Assembly (NCBI GenBank): GCA_013115145.1
Contig: JAAPAO010000030.1
Coordinates: 58,870-122,869, forward strand
Length of the DNA stretch: 64,000 bases
DNA from: Perkinsus chesapeaki ATCC PRA-425
Lineage: Eukaryota > Protista > Perkinsozoa
Direction: 5' to 3'
Shown here: one piece after another, positions 25,165 to 39,004 of the stretch
Layout of the letters: each line of letters opens with the position of its first letter
How positions within the stretch are numbered: the stretch's first letter is position 1
Made by a program: the position numbers and the translations under genes
Notes under the pieces: generated by a model
What the model saw: the letters and a program-made list of their open reading frames with translations, nothing else
Database searches by the model: none
What the model was told of the DNA's origin: nothing

Positions 25165-28100
25165 CTAATTGTTGTGATCTATGCATGAAATAACATTGAG
25201 GATGGTAGAGGTTGAAGGATGACTGGCGACGCACCACCACCACCACATGTCATCTGACAAATCATCAGACACAATCAACCGGCAGCTACCACTCACTCTT
25301 ATATCTCTGCCATAGACTCCAGCGGGCATCACCGGTGGGTTGCTGCTGCTGCTGCCGTAGCCCATGACGGTGCGCTGTACTGGATAGTGATGGGCCACCT
25401 GGAAGGGGTATGGTCGGTGAGGGTTAAAAGGAAGTAGGGGAACCTGTCTGTGATAGAGGGGAGACCAGTTAGTGTAGATCGGCTGGCTCCGTGTAATGGG
25501 GTGGTACACCGGTAGAGGGTAGTGACTTCTTAGACGATAGGGCGACTGGGGAGGTGGAGGAGGGGGAGGTGATGTCCACTGGGGCATAGGCGATGTCACA
25601 CGTCGCGGTGAGAAGGTTATCTTCGGAGATGGTGAGATCTAGAATTCACAAAGTGACAGAGCCAGTGGATAAGGAATCCATACGTGCATCACTCTCATGG
25701 GCGGCAGCTGTCTGGAAGGAGAGGGTTGAGGTGACATCAGATATGTGAGGAGACGTTGGGTGGTCGGAGCTCTCTCAGACTAATACACCATCTGGGATAA
25801 CACGTCGTCCAATCCTACCTTTGATAGGGGATGAACTGGTTGCGATGAACCACGATACTCTACTCTCCTCGGGGTTGGCGTCCAGGAATTTGAAGGCTCA
25901 CTGTTGACTGGATACTTCCTTTGTTCCGCCCTTCCAGTTCCCACTGGCTTAGGCTCACCTTGCTCATCCAACCTGCCGGCAAGCTTAGTCATCTTTCCCC
26001 GATCACCGTAGGAAAGCCAGTATGGCGAAATTATCCAATCGCCATTCTCGTTGCCAAACCCTACCTTCCAGAGGCCCCTAGGGAGGGTGTAAAGTCAGCT
26101 GACCTATAAGCATCAGGGGAATGTGGACGGCTGCTTGGAGCTGTACTGACGCCGCCACTGTGGAGGAACGGGTCTGTGGGTTGGCGCTCCGGGAGGACCT
26201 TCAAATACCAGCTGCCCACACTGACCAACGCGATGACCTACTGGTACTGTACGGCTCTCCAGCCACACTGCCTCCTCAAAGGAGTCGTAGAGCTCATTGT
26301 GTGAAGGGCTGGAGCTGGGCTCAGCTGAGAAAGGACGATACAATACTGTTGCATATTGCTGGCCGACAGCAGCAGCCGCCGCCCACCTGCTGGTTCAAGG
26401 TCGTCCTCCTCATCTTGAGGCAGGCCATATCTGGATTCCAGATGAGATACCGCAGCCACGTCGAAGAAGCTCACACCGGAGTCTTCAGGAATGTATGACA
26501 TTGACTTAGGGATTGAAAGCTGATCGATAGTTGGAGGTATCCAACTCAACGACATGTTGAGGCGAAGTTGAAAATGCAATAATGCGAAAGCGATGTTATG
26601 TGTCCTTTTGTGGGCGCTTCTTTCTTCGACGGCGACGCTTGCCGTTTCCAGCTTGCGGAGCAGGAACAATAGGACTTGGATCTACCACCTGCTCATCGTC
26701 TACACCTGCTCTACCATGAGTAACCGATCTAAATCAGCGTTCTCACTTTCCTTCTCCGCAGTCGTTGGCTGGCTCTCTTGTGCAGTATCCCGTGGCGCTG
26801 GGTCGTCCATCGCACTGAATTGACAACACTTCTTAGTACAATCGCCCTATTCCTACTCTTCACTCCTTTCCAATACCTCATTGGCAGGCACGAGAGCCTC
26901 TATTATATCTAGAAGCACCACTCTGTACGCTTACCGCTCAGCTCATGCCTCACCATGAGTGGCCACAGTGGGACATTCCTCAGCTTTCCGAGGGCTCACA
27001 GGCTTAGGCACTGTACGAATACGATAGCGTGGCTCACTGGATGTCGAGGGCTGCTGGTTCGTTGCTGGGGCGTGACCTATACAGCTGCTTTTAGGCACGC
27101 TTGCTAGCGACTGCTGCTGCTACTAACCTCCGAGTAGCGCCCTCCTGTCCAGCCTACCCGAGTCCTCGTCCTAAACACATAGTAAATGGACCGGAGGGGG
27201 GAAGAGCTGGCTCACCGAGTCTAGGTTTGTGTAGTAGTCTGAGCCGAATGCCCACGGACATCTACATGTAGTTAAACACCAATTGATGGCTGACTCCATG
27301 ACCGATGCCAAAGCTGCTGCTGCCCATCTGTCCGACTTGAACTCAACAAAAAAAGACAATTGACAAGTATAATGGTTCACGATGCGGAAGCATGATGTAA
27401 GATGCGGCTACCGAGCTTCTGGAAGGAGTTCCTCCTTGTTGCTCTGTACCGCCGACGTTCCCTTCTTGGCGAGGTGTAGCAGGTGACCAACGCCAAAGCA
27501 TGGACAAAGTCCGTATTCATATTCTTTAACTGATAGGGCTTATCCCGTACCCCAGCCACCACTGTGATATCAATCTGTGTTGGAGGATCAAGCTTGAAGA
27601 TTGCCTTAGCCATATCCTCCAATGACCAGGAGGCTATCCTCTTAAAACAGTTGGAGTCCTCATAGACGGCAAAGAAGTCCTCGTTATTGTACAAGTCGAC
27701 CGCCAGGAAACGGTCATAGTCGGAGCCAAGTGTCCATCCAACACTGAGATCCCTAAAGGAGCATCGGCCGCCCTGCCTCGCTAGAATTAGGGCATCCATG
27801 GCGCTCATTCCAGAGAGCTTGGATACATTCTCGAAAAGGAGGACCAAGTCACGGTTGTTAGCATGGTGCTTTGTCGCTGGAGGATGACGGTTGATAGTCA
27901 CCGCTGGAGTCGACCACACTAGGTCTCGATTGCTGCTCTCATTGCTGCCTTCGTGGAGCTGGAACTCCAACGGGCTGTATCTGCATCACAAGGCGGAACT
28001 AAGGGGCGGCTAACGATCAGCCACTGATGCCCATTACGCCTTGCCCATGGGGATGTAGTTCTTCGATATGGCACATTGAAGGACGTTCTTGATGCCCACT

Positions 28101-28578
28101 GGAGGGAACAGATCACCATTGAGCTCCTCGCAATACTCTGCCAGCTCCGGCCTATTAACTCCACCACAAACCAGTCGGACCTGCCCGCAACCGCCACCAT
28201 CCACTTCAACTATTGCCATGATTATATCCTTACATGTTCTTCATCCTTCTTGCGGCCGGCTGCCTCCTTAGCGTTGGCCTGAGCGGTCAGCACCCGCCAC
28301 ATCGCAAAGTAGCACGTAGCCAGCGCTAGAAAGATGACCTGAGGTAGGACTTCGCAGCCACCTCAGTGATCCGTATCTACCTGAGGCGTGGCAAGGAAGT
28401 CCCAGATCCAATAGAGAGCGCAGCGGAGGGAGTATCCAACATGGGCAGTTTCAATGGCCCATGTGGTGGTCGTCCCCGCTGTATTAACCCACAGGATGGC
28501 CGATGCTACGGCTGAGAGAAGGCTCCACGTAATGTGACATACAAAGTCGATAGCGATGGATAAGATGTCGAAGAGCAT
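25165..28578 (-). CDS. Hypothetical multi-exon protein (possibly more than one gene), with a hydrophobic N-terminus and Pro-rich C-terminus
   Basis: Chain of minus-strand ORFs (28363-28578, 28034-28219, 27377-27970, 27171-27380, 26238-26669, 25165-25599) with plausible GT-AG junctions. No family recognised. Confidence 0.45.
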
Positions 28579-28690
28579 GGCGGAAAGCCAACTGGGGAAC
28601 TGTCTGTTTCAAATGAAGGAGCGGTAGGAACTCCAAAACATATCTACTCTAGAAACCACGGAGTGTTCACTCTGCATGCAATGTGTAACG

Positions 28691-30296
28691 TCACACAGGG
28701 ACTATGACAAGACTGATGCTGTGATCCTCAGGTTTCATGGTCAACCTAAAGATACTCTTCAATTCTCCAGAGCTGTCATCAGATAATGACAGCTCATACT
28801 GTGTGATAATAGCCGCCGCCATCACAGCGAGCTCTGCTATAGCAAGCTGCTTGCCAACGCACACTCTAGGGCCGAAACCAAAGGTAAGAAGATCAGTCCC
28901 TTCCAATAGGTCCTTCCTCACTTTACTGTCCGGCGACAGCCACCGGTCTGGTCGAAAATCAGTACCGTACTCCAGGACCATCGCACCGTAAATATTACAC
29001 ACCACAACGCTGCCCTTAGGTAGAGTCTTCTCGCATAGGACCACACCAGAGTGGACCGTCTCAAGCACTAGACTATAGACTGCAGGGCTCAATCGCAGAG
29101 TCTCCATCACACAGGCATGCAAGAAAGGAAAGTCCTCCCGATCCAGGAAACTGCCACTGCTAGACCTGAGCTCCTTCCTGAGCCTGTCTTGGACCTCCGG
29201 GTACTTTGCCAGGTACCAGAGGAGGTAGCTCGCAGTGCCGGCAGTGGTCTCGCTACCTGCTGCTAGATAGGTCAATAGATTCCCCTTTAGGGATGCATTC
29301 GTGTCAGATAAGGAGAAGCGATGAATAAGGACTTGTAGGAGATCGTTTGGCACCTTTGCTGGGGGCAGGGAGGCAATCGCCACCTTCCTGTCCAGCACAC
29401 AGTCCCCGAGGACCTTGCCATTTCGTTCGGCTCGAGCAGCTATCTGACCGTATATTGACCAGAGCCGGTTGAATGGCCACATTTTCCCCCACGGCAGGCG
29501 GTCTCGAAGTAAGCGAGGGAGATCCTCGTCTATGGCTAGTCTTATATCCTCTTGAACGCTGCCATTGGCGCCTTTCTGAAATCCTAAGTCTCGGCCCAAT
29601 GTCAAACGGCATATAATATCCAAAGTAAGCTTATTAAGGTCCTCTTGTACGGTGTCAATTTGTCTAGGTCCCCGGTTCGATCCCTGCCCCCTCCATTTTT
29701 CCACCAGCTCTTCCACAGCCTCCCTAACAATGGGAGCGGCTTGCTCCTTAACCCTCTTATCATTGAATGCCGGTGCTGTGATGCGTCTGAGCTCCCGCCA
29801 CTCCTCCCCCTCGGAGCTGAACAGCCCATGAGCCCCCACTCCAGTGAAGGCCCGTTTAACCCTAAACCGTCGTGAGTAGTCCTGTGGCCTGGCTTTCAGA
29901 ACCTGTTTGATCTCAGCTATCCCAGATAGCACTGTTGCTTTCGAGAACAGGAATCTAAACGAGTATACTGGGCCATACACCGCTGCCCACTCGTTGAACT
30001 GATAGCCCTCTTGGCCACGTCGGAGCCGTCCCAGCATACCTTAGGCAACTATAACCAACCCCACCCTCCTCCGTGCAACTACTACCTAGTAGAGGTAGCC
30101 CTCTTGGGCCATGAAAGGGCAGATCCCTTCCAGTAGTATTCATCCATAACCGGTATGCAGCATAAATAAGTCCACCAGCGGCAAGACTACTCTTAATTAT
30201 CTTATTGTTTACCAACTCCCTACAATCGCTTAGTAAGTCCCTGATTATCTGCCATGGCCTGCTGTCGACGATGATGTGTACCGTCGTCGAGGCCAT
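28691..30296 (-). CDS. Cytochrome P450 (N-terminal anchor, one intron)
   Basis: Anchor plus GPRGLPLLG; I-helix AAGSETT; K-helix ETLR; FRPDRW; heme motif FGFGPRVCVG. Confidence 0.95.
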
Positions 30297-30728
30297 AATT
30301 ATTCAGGCACCTGCTCAGGCACATGGCGGTGGTATTGATGACAACGCAAGAGAAGTGTGGAGAGTGAGACCGGCGCCGTGTAGAGGCTAGTCACGTCTGG
30401 TGTAGAGGTCGGTGAGATAGAGGCAACTATTACAGAGTTATAAAATGACAAGTAGCCATCACATAATAATTATATAAAATGTGAAACAAGTAGGACGAGG
30501 ACCCTAGCAGGCCTCGACTGTACCACAGCACCAGCAACAGGGACCAGCTACCGCTGCCCGGCTGCTGCTGCTGCTGCTAGTGGTGCTGTGGGGAAAAGTG
30601 TACTGCTACTACTACTGTAGTATAACAACGGGAGATGGCTCATCCACCATCATCACATGATAGAGAAAGGCCTTCCTCGGGAGGAGCTGCGACGGTCCAA
30701 GAGGGACTCCATGATGGCCGCCGCCGCA

Positions 30729-32049
30729 CTAATGGACACCTGCAGCCTCCAGAGCTCTCTGTATGAGATCTCCCAAGTAAAAACTGAATGAAGATAATGA
30801 GGGATAGAATAGGGTTAATAAAGTGTTAGTACCTTGCAGCACCACTTAAAGCCCCTTGTAACAGCATATAGAGTCCTCCTTTAATAGGGTTCTGATTAAC
30901 TACTTTAGATTTGACAACACCAAGGATGAATAGTGTCAGTAAACTGGTACATACGGTACCTATAGCCGTGGGAGAAAGATAAAGACTACCCAAGCAGCGG
31001 ACAGGGGGAAATCTGATGACGCTGACATGACTAATGGAGTACTTTGGGCTGCTCCATAACCGTGCTACCGAAATACTTTCACCGTTAACAAAGGATTGGA
31101 AATTTTTCTCGGATTTCCGTTGGCCCCAAGCTCCCAAGGCTGGCTGCTGACCCCAAGCTGTTCCGCGAGGTGAGGCTACCGCTGAGGTTGGTATATGCTG
31201 AGGTATGCTACTATTCAACATTTCATGTCCCTTCCTGCCCCGCCGCCCCCTCTACCTGCAAATGCACCGGATACCGGTAAATCCTTTATTAACATTATCA
31301 ATAGGAGATATGATAACAGAGGTACCTACACATCGGGCAGCCTGCTGAGAGGAGGAGGAGGAGACCAATGCTTACCGAACCAAAAATCATAAATGATACA
31401 AACATGGCGAAACCAGAAGCAACAGCGCTGTCCTCTGCGTCCACTGGAAACATTCCTAAAAGGCCATGAGCAACTGCTGTGCGGTGGTGCCTAGCTCCTC
31501 TACCTAGCTCCGTCAGCATCATATGCTCTATCCAGAAGTCCTTGTACTTTGACAAAGTAGTAGCAACTGTAATAGCATCTTCTTTCGATATCCCACGAGA
31601 TCTGTACAGCTGAACCATCTCTGATATCTCTCCCTAATTAAGACATCAACGCCTACCACTCGGCCATGAGTACCTCCGGGTAATTTTCAACTTCCCATTC
31701 TTCCCTCTTTTGCTCTTTGGATGCCACATCACTTTCAGCCTTAGCAGACACATACCTACCAGATACCCTCTAGACAGCCAGCAACCTAGAGCAATCTCCT
31801 TACTCTCCAAATCCCATCCCAAATGCACCAGCAACTAGGTTACCAACTCCTACTGCTACCATATGGGCAAGGGTTAGTTGAGCTCCAACAGAGCCAGCTA
31901 TCAACGCAAACATAGTGCCTGACAGGGTTGATGTAAAAGGAAAGCCATTCGGTGCTAGTTGTTTTATTACTTATTCCATCCAAGCCACCGAAGACCATTG
32001 GCTTCACATACCTGCTGCCTGCTGCTTCGGGCTCATTATGGTCGGCCAT
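30729..32049 (-). CDS. VIT1: Vacuolar iron transporter VIT1/CCC1 family
   Basis: YVKPMVFGGLDGI, EEWEVENYPEGE, EMVQLYRSRGISKEDA, HMMLTELG, LLTLFILGVVKSK. Confidence 0.9.
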
Positions 32050-33026
32050 TTTAGCCAGTAGCTCATCCCTGTAATGACAATGTGATGATACCAATATCTT
32101 GGGGACTGCTCCCTCCTACGATATCTGCGAGTTGAATAGTTCATGTGCGTTGCGGCTAGCCCCTTTGTCCAGGCTTTCAAATGCCTGTCTTGCACCTATC
32201 AAAGCTACTAGTAAGACACCATAGTAGTGAGCTTATCATTATTACTGTTAACACGGTTCTCGCTCAGAGCTTCATAAGACGACTGCGGCTGAGATGTCCC
32301 ACCTGGTGTTGGGTTGTGGTTATGAGTATTCGACATGATAAAAGGAGGAAGACGTCTCTATTATTGCGTCAATTAACTGCGAAGATCACTATGAACGGTT
32401 CCGAACGCTCGTACCAATCCCGACCTCATATGAATCTTTCCCTGTCCCTAATTGAACACAAGGGCTACATGAGAAATCATCACACGAAATGTTCCTTCTA
32501 ATCGTATTATGTATAAGCATCATCACCAATAGTACTAGCAATCACTACAGAAAAACAACATCAAGCTCGGCTCCTGGCCACTACCACCTCCGCCACCGCC
32601 GCCGCCGTTAGTGTCCTTATATATACTGGGCAACAGGGTAGGTGTATTATGTCCGCAACAGCAGTGAGCCACTGCCTTCCAATAGGGGTACGGCAAACAA
32701 TCATAAAGGGCAACGGCAATAATAGTAATGCCAGCCACAAAGACTGTTGATAAAGAAGAAGAAGAGAGAGGGATGAGAAAGCAAGCGATGATCATATTAG
32801 GCAGCAGCAACAACGGTAAAGGCAAGTCTAGGAGAAATGGTGATAAGGACAAGAGGAAAGCAAGCAGGAGCCCAGTAGGCATCATCGGCATGAAAAGTGG
32901 GAGGGGGCGCATCTCAGCGTGGGCTCGGATTCCGAGCCTCAACTATATCGGAAACGTAGTAGGTCCTTCAGAAAACAATGGTAATGATACAGATTGCCTT
33001 TAAACCAGGCAAGTATCATTATTAAC

Positions 33027-34414
33027 CTAGCCAAGGAGCTCCAATAGAGGGTTATCCTCCAAGGGTGCTGGAGGAAGAGGAGCTGGGGTGGCAGCCGAAT
33101 TGGAGCCGATACCAAGGCCAGCATAGGGGTCGATAGGATGGTCTGTGATGAGAGCAGTGGGGTCCTCAGGCGGCTCGATTGGACCATGGTCCTTCACAAA
33201 GGCATCTCTGAGGTAGTCGAAGATTGGGGCATGCAGCCCAATGCGGTAGGAGTGACCTACGTGGTGATGGCCTTCTTTGAATTGCATGCAGCCGCAAATC
33301 GCAGAGGATTCCGCTTGCTCTCGTTCTTCAACTTTGTGTTCAACTGAGAGGAAGTCTTGGTAGAACCAAATACGGTTGATATCATCATCAGATCCGGGCC
33401 GTACCTAACCGAAAGTTGAGAGAAGTGTGGTATGAACTTCCTCTTACATTGACAATGCCTCATAAAACTTATCAGTCTCCTTATCCGTCCATAGACTCCT
33501 AGCAGTCCTCTTATATGCATCTTTATACTCGCACCGTCCGGACTCATCCTAAAAGACCAAAGGTCGTTAAAAGATACGCCACCCTGGCGTACCGTAGTTG
33601 TCATGATGCTGAGGTCGCCAAGTACATCACCAGTAAGCCCTTGGCTAGCTTGCTCCAGTACTATATTACCGCTCTCATCAAACTTGAGCTGCGGCTGGAC
33701 AGCTGCACCACCACCGCCAGGAGAGCTGATTGCCGCTGGCGACGAGGTGCCAAAACCCATACCAAAAAAGTCACCAAATGCCCCACTGTCAAGTGGAGTT
33801 AAATCATCAGCTTGAGTTGCTGGAGTCTTTGGAGACCCACCATCGGCCCCCTTCCTAGCCTTCCTCTCATCAGCTGCATCCTGTGCAACCACTTTATTAA
33901 TTATATCCACCATCATACCGTTCTCACCGCCGCGGCCGCCACCATTGCTACCAGTTTGCTCCATGCCAAGCTCAGTTCGCACTCTCTTGGCGATTCGACG
34001 GCTGATCTGTGACGAGGTCAGCGGCTTAGCTACAGCAACAGCAGTGCTGCTACGCTTCTTCCGACGACCGCCGCCGCCGCTGCCTCGACGTGGCTTTCGG
34101 GCATTGGAGTCGGTAATGACACTACTACTATCTGTTGGACTGCTGGGGGACCGAGCAACAGATGCAGGAAGCACAAGGTCTGTGATACCATGAGGGACCA
34201 GATCAGTGCTGCTGCTGCTAGTCGACGGAGATGCCTCATCATCGCCGCCGCCGATCCCCGGCACAAGCGCGTTAGAAAAAACGTCCGGGATAGACTGCTC
34301 GACGACGATGCCTTGGCCGGTCACCACATCATCGGCATTGGATACAGCTGTACCTCGATTTGTTGAAGTGAAAGGAGCAAGTGAACCATCCCCGCCGCGG
34401 TGAACGGACATCAT
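33027..34414 (-). CDS. BDP1: TFIIIB subunit BDP1-like SANT/Myb protein
   Basis: PQLKFDESGNIVL. The spliced frame AYKRTARSLWTDKETDKFYEALS|MYGPDLMMISTVF...QLNTKLKNESKRNP matches the Bdp1 SANT domain. Confidence 0.75.
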
Positions 34415-34689
34415 TAAAAGACCTCAAAAAGTAGCACCTATAAAGGAGAATCAAGATGAGACACAACAGACGACGCATGATGCCCAGGTTGCAGCAGCAG
34501 CACTAGGTACGACACAAAAAATGTCCCAATTGCTCCCCTCCCCGGCCTGAACTGACATCTCATAGATTGCTATAGCTGAGTCCGTAATTGTGTGACAATA
34601 TATGGAGCAGCTGTCTCCCATACTCTTGATTACTAATATTATTGCACAACACAACGCAACTGTCGTCTACCTGAGGGCGTATGATACGA

Positions 34690-35340
34690 AATGCTTAACA
34701 ACAACAATGCCTATGATAAAGAGGAACTGCCGCCCCAATACTCACAGTAGAAACGTAATAAGCACCATCGTTCCATGGTCTTGGCCGTAGGGATATTATA
34801 AACAACAGCAACAGCAACCGTTCTCCTATTTGAACCAGCGGCTTACTCCTCCTTATGACCGTCACAGGCTCCGTGGCAGCAACCCTGACACAATCGGCAA
34901 TGACCATCTACCGCCAAGACTCGTACATGTCACAACGAAACAAATACATACTATTACAGACCACCCGGAGCTATCGCTACTACTGGGAAAAAGTGATACG
35001 GAAAATTGCAGAGGCAATTGGGCTGGTGCCGTGGGTATATTAGAAAAGAGAGATACCAAAAACGGTCATTGGAAAGTAAATGAGCAGCATATACAAATAG
35101 CAGGCGAGAATGAAGATAATGGCAGCCAAATCGACATAAGTGGAGCCGGTCGCTGGGGACGAATGAGGGCCTCGACTCTTAGTATTAGACGGAGGAGTAG
35201 ATGGAGAAGAAGAAGATGATGATTTAGTGTTGTCAACAGAACGTTCACGCGGACTATCAATGTCGATATTTTCATGATCAGGGGAAGGAGCGGTAGACGA
35301 AGAAGAACAGCAGTCACAAACGCCACCCTGAAATTAAATT
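34690..35340 (+). CDS. Possible hypothetical low-complexity protein; start not determined
   Basis: The spliced frame NAYDKEELPPQYS|QGYYKQQQQQPFSYLNQRLTPP... continues into ORF 34830-35219 and an acidic tail. Confidence 0.3.
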
Positions 35341-35349
35341 TATATTATC

Positions 35350-38300
35350 CTATCCCACCGGGCCTAAGCGACTAAGCCTATTAAAGCGCCCATTGTAGCC
35401 TACCTCGCAGTTCTTCATTGGTTCCGGCAACTTGGCTAAGGCTTCGGGGAGACGGCCCATGAAGGGTTGGATGGTATGAAGGTCGTCGGAGTTAACCTCG
35501 GATTCCTTTTCGAACATATCGAACATCTCTCTGATACCGTATGTTCCCAAAGGCTTAGCCTGATCACACCACGATCGCCCCTCATCAAATCACCCCCCAT
35601 GGAGCCGTACTGTGTCGCGTTTTCGCAATGTGACGGTAAGGTCGTTCTGCTCTTTCTCACCGACGACAGCGATGTAATTGTAAGCTGCAACCTGAGCCTC
35701 TCGGACCTTCTTATTCATGGTTCTCGTGGAGAGATCAGCATCGGCAAGATATCCAAGACGAACAAGCTGCTTGCGGACGTAACTGAAGGGAAAGGACAAC
35801 ATCACCCCGATACGTCAGTAAGTTCCCCTCCTACTCGGCATAATCATTATACTTGTCACTAACAGGCACAACCATCACCTGTCTAGGTGAGAGCCAGAAG
35901 GGCCACTTGCCTCCGTAATGCTCCGTGAGGATAGCAGTGCATCTCTCAATCGATCCAAGGATGGCACGATGTACCATAACAGGGCGCTCGAAGCCTAATG
36001 ACAACAATGTCTCCATGATAACCATCAGTGATGGTCCATCACCACCATTCCTTACCAGGCTTGAGCTCTCCAAGTGTGATCTCGTCGGCCTTCACCTTGC
36101 TCCCAACATTCTCGACGGCAGCGGAGGTCTTGGTGGCCTTGTGGTCCTCGGGGCTCTTGGGAGTCTCAGCGGCCTCAGAAGCAGCATGGCCATCACCGCT
36201 CTCCTCAGACTCGGCAGTACGGTACTGCAAGTTGAACCTGAAATGACAGGTTCAGCAAGGGAGGAGGCCTTTGCGAGGACTACCTTATGGGAAGGTTGAA
36301 ATCAAGCTGAATGGTACCACACTGATGGTATCGGTTCAAGGCATCACGAAGACGGATATCGATCTTGGGGCCATAGAAGGCACCTGAGCATCCACAATGG
36401 AGAGGAAAATGGTAAAGGGGACCTCACCATCGCCAGGGTTGAGTGTGTACTCGATGCCGCAGGCCTCCAAGGCGTTCTTAAGACCATTCTCGGCCGTGTC
36501 CCAGATAGCCCTGGAGCCAATGGCCTTCTTAGGACGAGTGGACAAGCATACCTAGATGAAGAACAAAGCAATTCCAGCAGTACTGACGGCAGGAAGGAGC
36601 CTACCGAGAAGTCGAAACCGAAGGTGTTGTAGACGAACTTGAGGAAGTCGAGTGCATGTGTGATTTCATCTTGGACCTGATGATATTATCATCAATAATC
36701 CATACGGCAGCAGCCTACCTGATCAGGTCTGCAGAAGATATGGGCATCATCCTGCTGGAACCTTCTAACACGAGTTAGACCAGACAGAGTACCGGACAAC
36801 TCGTTACGATGAAGGACGCCAAAATCGGCCATACGGATAGGAAGCTCCTTATAAGAGCGGACCTGCCCATAATAACAACAATGACTGCAAAGGCCAGGAG
36901 CAGCAATAGACACTATACGCTACTACCTTTTGGTCGAATATCATACAGTGGCCGGGGCAGTTCATAGGCTTGAGGTACCAAGTCTCACCCTCGATGTTCA
37001 TGCTATACCTGAAGTAAGACAGAGGCACCATCATCATCATCATCAACTGCTGTTGTGAGGCCAAAGAACTACATGTTATCTTTATAGTTTCCGCAGTGAC
37101 CAGATTGCTGGAAGAGAGCCTCGCTAAAGATGTTGGGAGTGATAACCTGATACAGCAGCATCATTCCTTCAGTACATGAATTCTGGTATGTTTTACCTCC
37201 TCGAAGCCACGGAGACGGTACTCTCTACGAATGAAGTCGATGAGCTTGTTATAGATAATAGCACCACGATAGGTCCAGAAGCAGGAGCCAGGGGACATAG
37301 TGGGATGGAAAAAGAAGAGATCTTGCTTCTTGCCGATAAGCCTGTGATCTCTCTTCATGGCCTCCTCGATGTTCTTCTTGTACTCCTTCAACATCTTCTC
37401 AGTAGGGAAGGAGATGGCGTACACACGCTGGAGAGAATCGTTCTCGGCCTAGAGAGGTATCTTAGCTTCAAGCTTGCACAGTATTCAGAAGGTTACCTTG
37501 CCGAGCCAGTAGGCTTGAGAGTTCTTATTAACCCAGAATGCCTTAGCGATTCCAGTACGAGGAAGATGAGGACCACGGCAGAGATCAACGAGGCTTCCAA
37601 TACGATAAACTGACGTTCTAGATCCATCAGGGACCTGAAGAGTAGCAGTCTTAAGCCGTGGCTGCCGGCGTTGATATGATACCTTGGTAGAGATAAGCTG
37701 CAGCTTGAAGGGATTATGGGCGAAGAGCTCCAATGCCTCCTCCTTCGTAACCTCCAACCTTTGGAACTAATTAATAGCAATCAGAACGATACATAATCCG
37801 CCACTCATCACCTGTTGATCGGCCTTGACAATGCTGGCAATACGCTTCTCGATCTTATCGTAATCACCAGAACCAAGCTTAAGGTCACCATAGTAACCAT
37901 CATAGTAGAAACCATTCTCAAGAGGGGGTCCTAAAGGGCCATCAAAGTCTACCGCCTACTCGCAGCTTACCGATCGTAAGGTGGCAACCATACTCCTGTT
38001 CAAGGGCTTCACCCAGTATATGGGCACTAGAATGCCAGAAGGTATCCCGGCCCTCAGGGGTATCGAACTTCAACAACTCAAGCTTACAGGAGCCCTCCAA
38101 AGGCCTTGAAAGGTCCCATACGGTCTAGCAAAGTATTACTCTATGGCAAAAGCTAATATTATTACCTCCTTTTGCCAGGCCTTAACAGTGTTAACGGGAT
38201 GGTCCTCCTGCTCTTCTTCCTCATCACCGGCCTCTGAACCAATATCGGATTCATCATCAGCAGCAACAACCTGTACAAGTCTATGAGGATATGGTAAGGG

Positions 38301-38766
38301 TATGGCCCTACTTGATCCATGCTCTCGACAGGCTCAGTATAGAGGACCTTAGCAACCATGACAGAATTGGCAAGGCCTTTGGAGATGCCCAGAGCAATGT
38401 CCAAAGGAGTGGTCTCGAACTTGTGGCCCTCTTTGATGGTTCCATCAGGCAGTTCAATGGTGATGGGGTCCTTGGGAAGAGCGGCCAGTCGCTCCTCTTG
38501 AGCAGCGTAAAGCTTATCGAAGAGCTCAGAACGCTCTTTGAGGAAAGGTGCCTGAAACCTTATGATACATGACTTGACCCATTATGAATCTTGTCATCTT
38601 CAAGCTCAGATACGCTCAATTAATGCTATTTACTGTTCACTTTGCCTCTAAGCCCTCTTACGGTGCCATTAGGGTAGATCTTGAAATCTCCCTCAAATTT
38701 GCCAGTCTCATTAAGCCTGGCCCCCTTGCCTTGATAGGTCTTCGTTCTTGAACCGTAAGATGCCAT
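35350..38766 (-). CDS. TARS: Threonyl-tRNA synthetase, many exons (possible upstream targeting exon to 38951)
   Basis: TGS domain; [11 protein letters not shown]; [15 protein letters not shown]; [12 protein letters not shown]; [39 protein letters not shown]; [15 protein letters not shown]; anticodon domain [19 protein letters not shown]. Confidence 0.96.
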
Positions 38767-39004
38767 TGCAGTAGTATAGAAGGTGCGCCGAGACGCAGAT
38801 ATAAAGGAACGGAAGGTCAACTTAAAAACCCTTTACCCTGCATCATCACCACAGCTAGGTAGCCATGACAGGTAACATCACATACCCCATACCATGGAGT
38901 AGCAGCCGCAAGCTTCCTGCTGCTGCTCGTCGGGGCGATCTCGCGCGCCATTCTAATCGATATCCTGCGCACCTTGGCCTTGATATAACAGGCAGTAGAT
39001 AGTG

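Noticed and set aside
32480-33003. Possible small plus-strand gene (RRRRERDEK...QEESKQEPSRHHRHEKW)
   Set aside because: No consistent start or exon chain could be built, and the sequence is low-complexity.
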